NCBI GenBank assembly: GCA_028874365.1
Contig: JAPPJZ010000061.1
Coordinates: 2,352-66,351 of the forward strand
Length of the DNA: 64,000 nt
Direction of reading: 5' to 3'
DNA from: Chloroflexota bacterium
Lineage (GTDB): Bacteria > Chloroflexota > Dehalococcoidia > Bin125
Shown: positions 18,583 through 26,538 of the stretch, piece by piece
Numbering within the stretch: the first letter of the stretch is position 1
How the letters are laid out: the number at the start of each line of letters is the position of its first letter
Position numbers and translations under genes: made by a program
The notes under the pieces: model-generated
What the model was told of the DNA's origin: nothing
Database searches by the model: none
Seen by the model: the letters and a program-made list of their open reading frames with translations, nothing else

Positions 18583-19569
18583 ATGGGGCTGCACGAGGAT
18601 GCGGCCGCGGACGCCGCCGGCGAGGATCTTCGCGGCTGCGTCGGGGACGTCTTCGAGTCCTATGCGCGACTCGACGAGGTCGAGGAGGTTGCGGTCGCGG
18701 AAGTCTTGGGCCATGCGCGACCAGAGCCGCGGTCGATCCTCGCTCGGCCAGAAGACGGACTCGATGCCGACCAGGGTGACGCCGCGGAGGATGAAGGGCA
18801 TCACGTTGGTCTCGACGCCTACGCCGCCGGTCAAACCCGACAGGGCCACGACACCGCCGTACTTCGTCTGCCTGAGGATCGAGGCCGTGGTTGAACCGCC
18901 GACCGGGTCGACTCCAGCCGCCCAGCGCTCGCGCTCGATCGGCCGGCGAGATTCGGCCGCCAGTTCTTCACGGTCGAGGATTTCGGTTGCGCCCAAGGCT
19001 CGCAGGAAGTCGTGCTCAGCGGACTTGCCGGTGCTGGCGTGGACTTCGTAGCCGCGCGCCGAGAGCATGGCGACGGCGGTCGAGCCGACGCCTCCAGTTG
19101 CGCCGCTGACGATCACGGGCCCGGCGTCGGGTCCGACGCCGCCCTTCTCGATGACGTCGACCGACATGGCGGCAGTGATTCCGGCCGTGCCCAGCGTCAT
19201 CGCCTCTTCTGAGGTCATCCCATCGGGTAGCGGCGCCAGCCAGTCGGCCGGAACGCGGACTCGCTCGGCGTAGCCACCCGGGTGGGCGGTGCCGAGGTCG
19301 TAGCCGGTCGCGACGACTGAATCGCCCGCCGCGTAGCGCGAATCTGAGGACTCCAGCACCGTGCCGGCGAAATCGATGCCGATCGTCATTGGGTACTTGA
19401 AGACGACGCGGCCATTCGGGGTGCAGGCGAGGCCGTCCTTGTAGTTGAGGTCGGACCATTCGACCGCAACCGTCACGTCGCCCTCGGGCAGCGCGTTCTC
19501 TTCCAGCTCCTGGACAGACGCGGTGAAGTCGTCCTCGTCCTTGTTGACCACAAACGCTCGGTAGCCCAC
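18580..19569 (-). CDS. Zinc-free quinone oxidoreductase / YhdH-AcuI family MDR-superfamily NADPH-dependent reductase
   Basis: N-terminus MGYRAFVVNKDEDDFTASVQELEENALPEGDVTVAVEWSDLNYKDGLA and Rossmann motif VSGATGGVGSTAV are typical of the YhdH/acrylyl-CoA reductase subgroup. Confidence 0.8.
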   Translation of the reverse strand: MGYRAFVVNKDEDDFTASVQELEENALPEGDVTVAVEWSDLNYKDGLACTPNGRVVFKYPMTIGIDFAGTVLESSDSRYAAGDSVVATGYDLGTAHPGGYAERVRVPADWLAPLPDGMTSEEAMTLGTAGITAAMSVDVIEKGGVGPDAGPVIVSGATGGVGSTAVAMLSARGYEVHASTGKSAEHDFLRALGATEILDREELAAESRRPIERERWAAGVDPVGGSTTASILRQTKYGGVVALSGLTGGVGVETNVMPFILRGVTLVGIESVFWPSEDRPRLWSRMAQDFRDRNLLDLVESRIGLEDVPDAAAKILAGGVRGRILVQPH

Positions 19570-19725
19570 GACGCCTCCTGTCTCGATATTGCAGTCAGGC
19601 TAGGTGCGAGTTTAGGTGCGGGGAAGGTTACGGGGGCAGTCGCTTCCCCTAGTGACGGGGGAGCAGGCCGTTGTTGGCGGCCAACGTGTGCGGGACGCTG
19701 AAGCTGCGATCGATGATCACGGTCT

Positions 19726-20003
19726 GGGCCCCGCATCAAGTGCGGGGCATCGGAAGCGGTGCGGGGCATCGGAGTTGGTGCGGGGCATCGGACGCCGGAG
19801 GGCCCTCACCCCAACCCTCTCCCTCGGGGAGAGGGGACCGGAAGTGGAAGGGGCTGGGCCCCGCAACAAGTGCGGGGCATCGGAGTTGGTGCGGGGCATC
19901 GGACGCTGGGGGACCCTCACCCCAACCCTCTCCCTCGGGGAGAGGGGGCCGGAAGGGGAAAGGGCTGGGCCCCGCATCAAGTGCGGGGCATCGGAAGCGG
20001 CGT
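19726..20003. repeat. Nested tandem array of the same repeat family: 2.3 units of 130/111 bp, each with three parts: hairpin GCCCCGCA-TCAAG-TGCGGGGC; 2-3 copies of a 19-nt sub-repeat (G)TGCGGGGCATCGGANNNG; core CCCTCACCCCAACCCTCTCCCTCGGGGAGAGGGG
   Basis: Direct reading. Hairpins are at 19728-19748, 19858-19878 and 19969-19989. Cores are at 19803-19836 and 19914-19947. The unit-length difference equals one 19-nt sub-repeat. Fills the 455-bp gap between two minus-strand genes. Confidence 0.85.
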
Positions 20004-20024
20004 TCGGTGTACGGGGTCGGTGCG

Positions 20025-20720
20025 TTAGCCGGCGGCTTCGGCGTAGATGGGGGGCTCCTGTGCGCTGGGGTCGGTGATCTGGTCGAGGAATTGGAGGATT
20101 TGCTCGGCGGATTGCCCTTTGAGGTGGGGGAAATGCTCGACGGCTTCGGCGATCAGGGCGTCCTGGTCGGGTGGGTCGGGGAGCTGGACCGGTTCTGTGG
20201 GCGTTTTTTCTTCCGGGGCCTGATTGGGGACGATCTCCTGCTCTGGACTGGAGATCGTCGATTCGGGGCGGTTAGTTTGGGCTGATTTTGGGCTGGTTTC
20301 GGACAATTCTTGCGGTCCTTCCTCGTAGAGGCCCGGCTGGTCGGCTCGTTGCTCGGCCCTGAGGTGGATCTGCTGGACGGTGCGGCGGATTTCGCGGGCG
20401 AGAGCGTTGAGCCGCGTCTCCTGGTTCTCGCGGGCGCGGAGGTATTCGACCGGCGTGAGGCGATCGGCGTTGTTGGCGACGTCGTCGTTTTTGACCGCCA
20501 GGGAGAGACGGATCTTCAGCAGCTGGAGCGACTCGAGCAGCAGGTCGTCGGCGGCCGGGCCGGCGATCTGACTCCAGTGGGTTTCGATCAGTTGGAGGTC
20601 GCTGGTTACGGTGGCCTTGGAGATCTTGAGCTGCTCGGCGATCTTGCGCTGCGAGTATCCGCGCTGGGCGAGGTAGTGGACGTGGATGGCTCGGCGTCGG
20701 CGTTTGGGTGGGATGTGCAT
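20025..20720 (-). CDS. Hypothetical DNA-binding protein: N-terminal sigma70-region4/LuxR-like HTH, predicted helical middle, acidic Pro/Glu/Gln-rich disordered C-terminal tail
   Basis: HTH RRRAIHVHYLAQRGYSQRKIAEQLKISKATVTSDLQ. Start taken at ATG 20720 (MHIPPKRRRR) because GAGAGG lies 8 nt upstream; the ORF track's longer version starts at 20852. Tail: SPEQEIVPNQAPEEKTPTEPVQLPDPPDQD. High GC3. Confidence 0.5.
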   Translation of the reverse strand: MHIPPKRRRRAIHVHYLAQRGYSQRKIAEQLKISKATVTSDLQLIETHWSQIAGPAADDLLLESLQLLKIRLSLAVKNDDVANNADRLTPVEYLRARENQETRLNALAREIRRTVQQIHLRAEQRADQPGLYEEGPQELSETSPKSAQTNRPESTISSPEQEIVPNQAPEEKTPTEPVQLPDPPDQDALIAEAVEHFPHLKGQSAEQILQFLDQITDPSAQEPPIYAEAAG

Positions 20721-20851
20721 GGTGGGCCTCTCTGTGCTGGGGTACATATGTTCTGCACAATGTACCGAATGCATGTTCTGTTGGGTGTGTCGTAGTTGGC
20801 GGAAGGAGGCGGCGGTGGACAGGGCGTGCCCCCCTCTGTCTCTACGAGACA

Positions 20852-20965
20852 TCTCCCCCCGCTTGACGCGGGGGGAGAGCCCTCACCCTAACCCTCTCCC
20901 AAAGGGAGAGGGGATCAGAAGGGATCAGAGAGAAAGGGGCTGCCTCCCGATCAAGTCGGGGAACG
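20852..20965. repeat. Copy C of the repeat family. Hairpin CTCCCCCCGC-TTGAC-GCGGGGGGAG (20853-20877), core CCCTCACCCTAACCCTCTCCC-AAA-GGGAGAGGGG (20880-20913), GATCAGAAGG/GATCAGAGAG mini-direct repeat, then degenerate TCAAGT hairpin (20944-20962)
   Basis: Direct reading. Same part order as units in the 19726-20003 array. Lies in the 122-bp gap between two minus-strand genes. Confidence 0.85.
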
Positions 20966-20974
20966 GGAGTGGGG

Positions 20975-21814
20975 TTAGTGCAGGCGGGCGGCGAGCATTT
21001 GGTTGGCGGTCTGGGGATCTGACTCGGCTCCGTCGTGGAGTTCGTGGCGGACGACGACGCCGTCGGCGCTGAAGTCGACGATCGTGGCTCCGCCGGAGTG
21101 GCGCGGGGCGCCGGGATAGTAGGCGGGGACGGTACCGTCGCCGACGCCCTCATGCACATCGATGTGACCGAGCGCGACGTAGTCGGCGCCGAGCGACTGG
21201 ATTTCTGAGGAGTGGATCTGGTAGGAGTAGCGCGACTCTCCGGTGCCGACGTAGTAGCCGTGGGCCATGGCGACGCGCCAGACGTACTGGTCGGAACCAT
21301 TGGCCCAGGCCGGCATTGCCGAGGCGGGGGAGAAGTCGTTGTAGCTCTCGTGGGCCTGACCCCAGAACTGGACGCCGTGCTCTTCGAGCAGGACGAGTTC
21401 GCCTTCGGCCGAGGCGATGATGTGCACGTTGGACGGAAAGGCGTCGGCGAACTTCTGGTAGATGCCGTCGGGCATGTGCGGGTCGTGGTTGCCGGGCAGG
21501 ACAACGACGGGTCGGCCGACGGCCTCCATCAGTTCGCCGGTGACTTCGACGTAGGGAAGCTTGACGCGGACGTGGTCGAAGAAGTCGCCGGCGATGGCGA
21601 CGACATCGACATCGGCCTCGACACCGAGTTCGAGCACGTGCTGGAAGGCCTTGAGCGCCGGTTCGAGCGACTCCGCGCCGTCTCGTTCGGTCTTCCAGGG
21701 CTGCGATGTGTAGGCGCCGAGGTGCACATCGGAAGTGTGCAGCATCCGCAGCGGGCGAATCTCCGTCGATGCATCCGAGAGACCGGCTCGCGGCGGATAG
21801 ACATCAGTACTCAT
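20975..21814 (-). CDS. Metallophosphoesterase (calcineurin-like; SbcD/Mre11-like N-terminal fold)
   Basis: Motifs [25 protein letters not shown], GHxH-like AMAHGYYVG / LGHIDVHEG; 279 aa. Confidence 0.75.
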   Translation of the reverse strand: MSTDVYPPRAGLSDASTEIRPLRMLHTSDVHLGAYTSQPWKTERDGAESLEPALKAFQHVLELGVEADVDVVAIAGDFFDHVRVKLPYVEVTGELMEAVGRPVVVLPGNHDPHMPDGIYQKFADAFPSNVHIIASAEGELVLLEEHGVQFWGQAHESYNDFSPASAMPAWANGSDQYVWRVAMAHGYYVGTGESRYSYQIHSSEIQSLGADYVALGHIDVHEGVGDGTVPAYYPGAPRHSGGATIVDFSADGVVVRHELHDGAESDPQTANQMLAARLH

Positions 21815-21909
21815 GCAGCGTACACATCCCCGACGCCGCTCCCGCGCGGCGCATTGCTCCCAGAAGAGTAGCAGCAGACTCGCAGCAGGTCGGGTCTACA
21901 CTGAGCTCC

Positions 21910-23412
21910 ATGACCACCGAAAGCGCGCCCGCCACCACGCCCGAGGAGGCCAGCGAGTACGAGACCGTCATAGGCCTCGAGGTCCATTGTCAGCTGCGCA
22001 CGCAGAGCAAGATGTTCTGCCGCTGCCCGGCGGACTACGCCTCGGCCGAGCCGAACACCTATGTCTGCCCGCTGTGCCTGGGGATGCCGGGCACGTTGCC
22101 GGTGATCAACAAAACGGCGGTGGAGTGGACGATCCGTACGGCGCTCGCGCTGAACATGACCATTCCCGAGCTATCGAAGTTCGACAGGAAGAACTATCCG
22201 TATCCCGACCTGATGAAGGGCTACCAGATCTCGCAGTACGACATGCCGCTTTCGGAAGGCGGCTGGATGGACGTCGAGACGGAGGATCTGGGCAAGCGGC
22301 GGATCGGGATCACGCGGGTTCACCTGGAGGAAGACACTGCCCGTCTGCTGCATCGTGAGAACGAGGCCGGGGAGCGCTTCTCGCTGGTCGACGTGAACCG
22401 CTCGGGCGTGCCGTTGATGGAGATCGTCTCGGAGCCCGATATGCGCTCGGCAGACGAGGCGCGCACCTACCTGGTGCAGCTTCGGCAGATCCTGCGCTAC
22501 CTCGGGGTTTCGACCGCCGACATGGAGAAGGGTTCGTTCCGTTGCGACGCCAACCTGTCGCTGCGGCCGGTTGGTTCGACCGAGTTGGGCGCCAAGGTCG
22601 AGATCAAGAACATGAACTCGTTCCGCGGCGTACACAGCGCGCTGGAACATGAGGTCAAGCGGCAGGCGGAGGTGCTGCGCTCGGGTGGCACGATTGACCA
22701 GGAGACTCGCGGCTGGGACGAGGATCGGCAGATCACGCTGTCGCAGCGCTCGAAGGAAGAGGCGCACGATTACCGCTACTTCCCCGAGCCCGACCTGCCG
22801 CCGCTCTCGATCACGAGCGACGAGGTCGAGGAGCTGCGGAGTCAGCTCCCCGAGCTGCCGGAGGAACGTCGGGCCCGCTTCCGGTCCGAGTACGGGCTGG
22901 GCGACTTCGAGGCCAACCTGCTGACCGAAGAACCGTCGCGGGCGGACTACTTCGACCAGACCATTGCGAAGCTCAAGGACCCGGCGAACGCTCGCGAAGC
23001 GGCCAACTGGATCACGGGCGATCTGTTTGCGCAGATCAACAAGGACCCGTCGCATCCCGACGTCGAGGACCAGCGGATTCGGCCGGAGCATGTCGCCGAA
23101 TTGGTGGGGCTGATCGTCGGCGGCGATATCTCGCGCAGCCAGGCGCGGACCGTGTTCGAGTCGATGTATGAAACCGGCGACGACCCCGCCAAGATTGTCG
23201 AGGCCAAGGGTCTTACGCAGATCAGCGGGGAGGACGCGCTGTCGCCGATCATCAACCAGGTGATTGGGGACAATCCAGATGCGGTGAACGACTATCGGTC
23301 GGGCAAAGAGGCGGCGCTGAAGTACCTGGTGGGTCAGGTGATGCGACACTCGCGGGGTCAGGCGAATCCGGCGCAGGCGTCGGAGTTGCTGGTGTCGGCG
23401 CTGAGCGAGTAG
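21910..23412 (+). CDS. gatB: Asp-tRNA(Asn)/Glu-tRNA(Gln) amidotransferase subunit B
   Basis: [52 protein letters not shown] is the canonical GatB N-terminus; C-terminal YqeY-like tail. Start taken at ATG 21910 (MTTESAP); the ORF track extends upstream to 21706 through intergenic sequence. Confidence 0.9.
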   Translation: MTTESAPATTPEEASEYETVIGLEVHCQLRTQSKMFCRCPADYASAEPNTYVCPLCLGMPGTLPVINKTAVEWTIRTALALNMTIPELSKFDRKNYPYPDLMKGYQISQYDMPLSEGGWMDVETEDLGKRRIGITRVHLEEDTARLLHRENEAGERFSLVDVNRSGVPLMEIVSEPDMRSADEARTYLVQLRQILRYLGVSTADMEKGSFRCDANLSLRPVGSTELGAKVEIKNMNSFRGVHSALEHEVKRQAEVLRSGGTIDQETRGWDEDRQITLSQRSKEEAHDYRYFPEPDLPPLSITSDEVEELRSQLPELPEERRARFRSEYGLGDFEANLLTEEPSRADYFDQTIAKLKDPANAREAANWITGDLFAQINKDPSHPDVEDQRIRPEHVAELVGLIVGGDISRSQARTVFESMYETGDDPAKIVEAKGLTQISGEDALSPIINQVIGDNPDAVNDYRSGKEAALKYLVGQVMRHSRGQANPAQASELLVSALSE

Positions 23413-23420
23413 CAGCGCCC

Positions 23421-24440
23421 CTAGCGGCGCATCGCGGCGACTCGTGGGTTGTGGATGATTTGCGATGTGTTCTGGTAGGTGGGGACTCCGACGTCGTCGA
23501 AGACCTGATTGATCCCGCTGCGGATTTCCTCGGTGAGTTTCCAGTCGGTGGCGGCGACGTTTTCCTCGAGTTCGCGTTCGTTTCTCATCCCGACGAGGGC
23601 GCAGGAGACGCCGGGGTGATCCAGAACCCAGGCGAGCGCGAGTTGGGCGACCGTCTTGCCGTAGCCGTCGGCCAGCTCCGCCAGACGGTTGCAGACTTCC
23701 ACTTCCCGACGGAAGTGCTCGGGCTCGAACAGGGGCAGGTTGAAGGCGATTTGATTGCCGCGCCAGTCGCCCTCTTCGAAGGTGTGGTCGGGCGAAAATG
23801 CGCCGGTCAACAGACCGAACGCGAGCGAGCCGTAGGACATGAAACCGACGCCGTTGTCCATGCACCAGGGCAGGACCCGAGCTTCCATCCGACGATCGAA
23901 CATGTGGTAGCCGATCTGGTTGGCCGTGATGTGTCCGTACTGTTCGCACTGCTGCATCAGGTCGATGTCGTAGTTCGAGACTCCGTAGTGGCGAATCTTG
24001 CCGCTCTGCTTGAGTTCTTCGAGGGCTTCCATCGTTTCCTCGATCGGCGTGTCGAAATCGGGCCAGTGGATCAGGAGCAGATCCAGGTAGTCCGTGTTCA
24101 GACGCCGTAGACAACCTTCGGCGCACTCGATGACGTTCTGCTTGGACGAGTTGAGGCCCGTCATCGTCGGTGTGTCGTCGTAGTCGAAGCCGACCTTCGT
24201 CACGAGGATGATCTCGTTGCGGCGGTCGCCCAGCGCCCTGGCGAGCAGTTCCTCGGACAGGTAGGGGCCGTAGCCCTCGGCGGTGTCGAACAGGGTGATG
24301 CCGCGGTCGATGGCCATGTTGACGGCCCTGGCGGCCTCGTCCACGTCGATGTGGCCGTACATGTTGGTGCTCATCTCCCAGGTGCCGAAGCCGACTGCGG
24401 AGGAGACGAGGTCCGTATTGCCAAATCGTCGCTGTTCCAT
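23421..24440 (-). CDS. Aldo/keto reductase (paralog 1 of 3)
   Basis: MEQRRFGNTDLV...GFGTWEM...IDRGITLFDTAEGYGPY...GKIRHYGVSN; AKR catalytic tetrad context. Confidence 0.85.
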   Translation of the reverse strand: MEQRRFGNTDLVSSAVGFGTWEMSTNMYGHIDVDEAARAVNMAIDRGITLFDTAEGYGPYLSEELLARALGDRRNEIILVTKVGFDYDDTPTMTGLNSSKQNVIECAEGCLRRLNTDYLDLLLIHWPDFDTPIEETMEALEELKQSGKIRHYGVSNYDIDLMQQCEQYGHITANQIGYHMFDRRMEARVLPWCMDNGVGFMSYGSLAFGLLTGAFSPDHTFEEGDWRGNQIAFNLPLFEPEHFRREVEVCNRLAELADGYGKTVAQLALAWVLDHPGVSCALVGMRNERELEENVAATDWKLTEEIRSGINQVFDDVGVPTYQNTSQIIHNPRVAAMRR

Positions 24441-24455
24441 GTTCGAGCCTGCTAC

Positions 24456-25445
24456 TCAGATTGCCTGAGCGGCGTTCTGGTAGGTGGGGGCTCCGACTTC
24501 TTCGAAGATCTCGTTGATTGCGGTGCGGATCTCCTCGTTGAGCTTCCAGTCGGTCGCCGCGACGTTTTCCTCGAGTTCTCGCTCGTTTCTCATGCCGACG
24601 AGGGCGCAGGAGACGGCGGGATGGTCGAGGACCCAGGCGAGCGCGAGCTGGGCGACGGTCTTGTTGTAACCGTCGGCGAGTTCGACCAGTCGGTTGGTGA
24701 CCTCGACTTCCTTGCGGAAATGCTCCTCCTGGAACAGCGGCAGGTTGAAGGCCATGCCGCTGCGTCGCCAGTCGCCCTCTTCGAAAGTGGTGTCGGGCGT
24801 GAAGGCGCCGGTGAGCAGGCCGAAACCGAGCGAGCCGTAGGCCATGTAGCCGACTCCGTTGGCGAGGCACCAGGGCAGGACGCGGGATTCCATGCGGCGG
24901 TCGTACATGTTGTAGCCGACCTGGTTGGCGGCGATGTGTCCGTACTGCTCGCACTCTTCCATCATGTCGATGTTGAAGTTGGAGACGCCGTAGTGTCGGA
25001 TTTTGCCGCTCTGCTTGAGTTCCTCGAGGCCCTCCATGGTTTCCTCAATCGGCGTGTCGTGGTCGGGCCAATGGATCAGCATCAGGTCGACGAAGTCGGT
25101 GTTGAGGCGGCGCAGGCAGTCGTCGGTGTGCTCGATGATGTGGGATTTCTTCGAGTTCCGCCCGATCACCTGAGGCGTGTCGTCATAGTCGAATCCGACT
25201 TTCGTCACGAGCACGATCTCGTTGCGGCGGTTGCCGAGCGCTTTGGCGAGCAGCTCCTCGGAGTGGTAGGGGCCGTAGACCTCGGCCGTGTCGAAGAGGG
25301 TGATGCCACGGTCGATGGCCATGTTGACGGCGCGGGCGGCCTCATCGACATCGATGTGGCCGTACATCGTGGTGCTCATCTCCCAGGTGCCGAAGCCGAC
25401 GGCCGAGGCGACGAGGTCGGTGTTGCCGAAGCGTCGTTGTTCCAT
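24456..25445 (-). CDS. Aldo/keto reductase (paralog 2 of 3)
   Basis: About 80% amino-acid identity to paralog 1 over the full length. 15-bp spacer. Confidence 0.85.
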   Translation of the reverse strand: MEQRRFGNTDLVASAVGFGTWEMSTTMYGHIDVDEAARAVNMAIDRGITLFDTAEVYGPYHSEELLAKALGNRRNEIVLVTKVGFDYDDTPQVIGRNSKKSHIIEHTDDCLRRLNTDFVDLMLIHWPDHDTPIEETMEGLEELKQSGKIRHYGVSNFNIDMMEECEQYGHIAANQVGYNMYDRRMESRVLPWCLANGVGYMAYGSLGFGLLTGAFTPDTTFEEGDWRRSGMAFNLPLFQEEHFRKEVEVTNRLVELADGYNKTVAQLALAWVLDHPAVSCALVGMRNERELEENVAATDWKLNEEIRTAINEIFEEVGAPTYQNAAQAI

Positions 25446-25467
25446 GGTTGTCCTCGCAGTTCGGCGG

Positions 25468-26499
25468 CTAGTCGCGGAGGTTGCGGCGGGCGCCGGTGGC
25501 TCGGGCGACGTGGACGACCTGGTCGAGGTTCTGGTAGGTCGGGACTCCGACTTCGGCGAAGATCTCGTTGATCCCGCTGCGGATTTCCTCGGTCAGTTTC
25601 CAGTCGGTCGCTGCGACGTTCTCTTCGAGCTCGCGCTCGTTGCGCATGCCGACCAGGGCGCAGGTGACGCCGGGGTGGTCGAGCACCCAGGCGATGCCGA
25701 GCTGGGCGCAGGTCTTGCCGTAGCCGTCGGCCAGTTCGGCGAGGCGGTTGGCGATCTCGACCTCCTGGCGGAAGCGCTCGCGCTCGAAGAGCGGCAGGTT
25801 GAAGGCGACGCCGTTGGCGCGCCAGTCGCCTTCGCCGAACTCGTGCTCGGGTCCGAACGCGGCAGTCAGCAAGCCGAAGGCGAGCGATCCGTAGGACATG
25901 AAGCCGACGCCGTTGGCCATGCACCAGGGCAGCACGCGCGATTCCATGCGACGGTCGAACATGTGATAGCCGACCTGGTTGGCGACGATCGTCCCGTGGC
26001 GCTGGCACTCTTCCATCATGTCGATGTTGAAGTTGGAGACGCCGTAGTGGCGGATCTTGCCGCTTTGCTTGAGCGATTCCAGCGCTTCCATGGTCTCGTC
26101 GAACGGGGTGTCATGGTCGGGCCAGTGGATCAACATCAGGTCGACGTAGTCGGTGTTGAGCCGGCGCAGGCAGCCCTCGGTGTGCTCGATGACGTTCTCG
26201 CGCTTCGAGTTCAGACCGATGACCTGCGGCTGTTCGTCGTAGTCGAAGCCGACCTTGGTCACCAGGACCACCTCGTTGCGGCGGTTGCCCAACGCCTTGG
26301 CGAGGAGTTCCTCGGAGTGGTACGGGCCGTAGACCTCGGCCGTGTCGAACAGGGTGATTCCGCGATCGATGGCCATGTTCACGGCCTGCGCCGCTTCGTC
26401 CACGTCGATGTGGCCGTACATCGTCGTGCTCATCTCCCAGGTGCCGAAGCCGACCGCCGAGGTGACCAGGTCGCTGTTTCCGAATCGTCGCTCTTCCAT
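25468..26499 (-). CDS. Aldo/keto reductase (paralog 3 of 3)
   Basis: About 80% identity to paralogs 1 and 2. Start taken at MEERRFGNS (26499) by alignment with the paralogs; the ORF continues to an upstream ATG at 26532. Confidence 0.8.
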   Translation of the reverse strand: MEERRFGNSDLVTSAVGFGTWEMSTTMYGHIDVDEAAQAVNMAIDRGITLFDTAEVYGPYHSEELLAKALGNRRNEVVLVTKVGFDYDEQPQVIGLNSKRENVIEHTEGCLRRLNTDYVDLMLIHWPDHDTPFDETMEALESLKQSGKIRHYGVSNFNIDMMEECQRHGTIVANQVGYHMFDRRMESRVLPWCMANGVGFMSYGSLAFGLLTAAFGPEHEFGEGDWRANGVAFNLPLFERERFRQEVEIANRLAELADGYGKTCAQLGIAWVLDHPGVTCALVGMRNERELEENVAATDWKLTEEIRSGINEIFAEVGVPTYQNLDQVVHVARATGARRNLRD

Positions 26500-26538
26500 G
26501 GCTTGATTCCTGTCTAGTTGGTTGGATGCCAATAGCCT

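Noticed and set aside
19741-20003. 19-nt tandem sub-repeats (GTGCGGGGCATCGGA...) as a possible CRISPR array
   Set aside because: The intervening unique sequence is only ~4 nt, far below spacer length. The repeats are nested inside larger 111-130-bp units with other hairpins. There are no cas genes or leader. It is a REP/MITE-like array, not CRISPR.
21706-21909. N-terminal extensions in the ORF track for gatB (21706), rlmN (28871), dnaG (13012), hyuB (33031), M28 peptidase (34804), LysM protein (36588), TrmH (47801), ppc (52805), HU (62083) and the HTH protein (20852)
   Set aside because: The ORF finder extends to the farthest in-frame start. Homology-supported N-termini, RBS positions and avoidance of overlap with upstream genes support the shorter starts given in the features.
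24351-26517. Long plus-strand ORFs (406 and 409 aa) antisense to the AKR triplication, and many other 100-500-aa antisense ORFs across the window (e.g. 13108-14634, 15887-16867, 22171-24954, 39696-41048)
   Set aside because: These are typical stop-codon-poor antisense frames in 66% GC DNA. Each overlaps a gene with strong homology and high-GC3 signature on the opposite strand. They have no motifs and low-complexity Arg/Ala/Gly composition.
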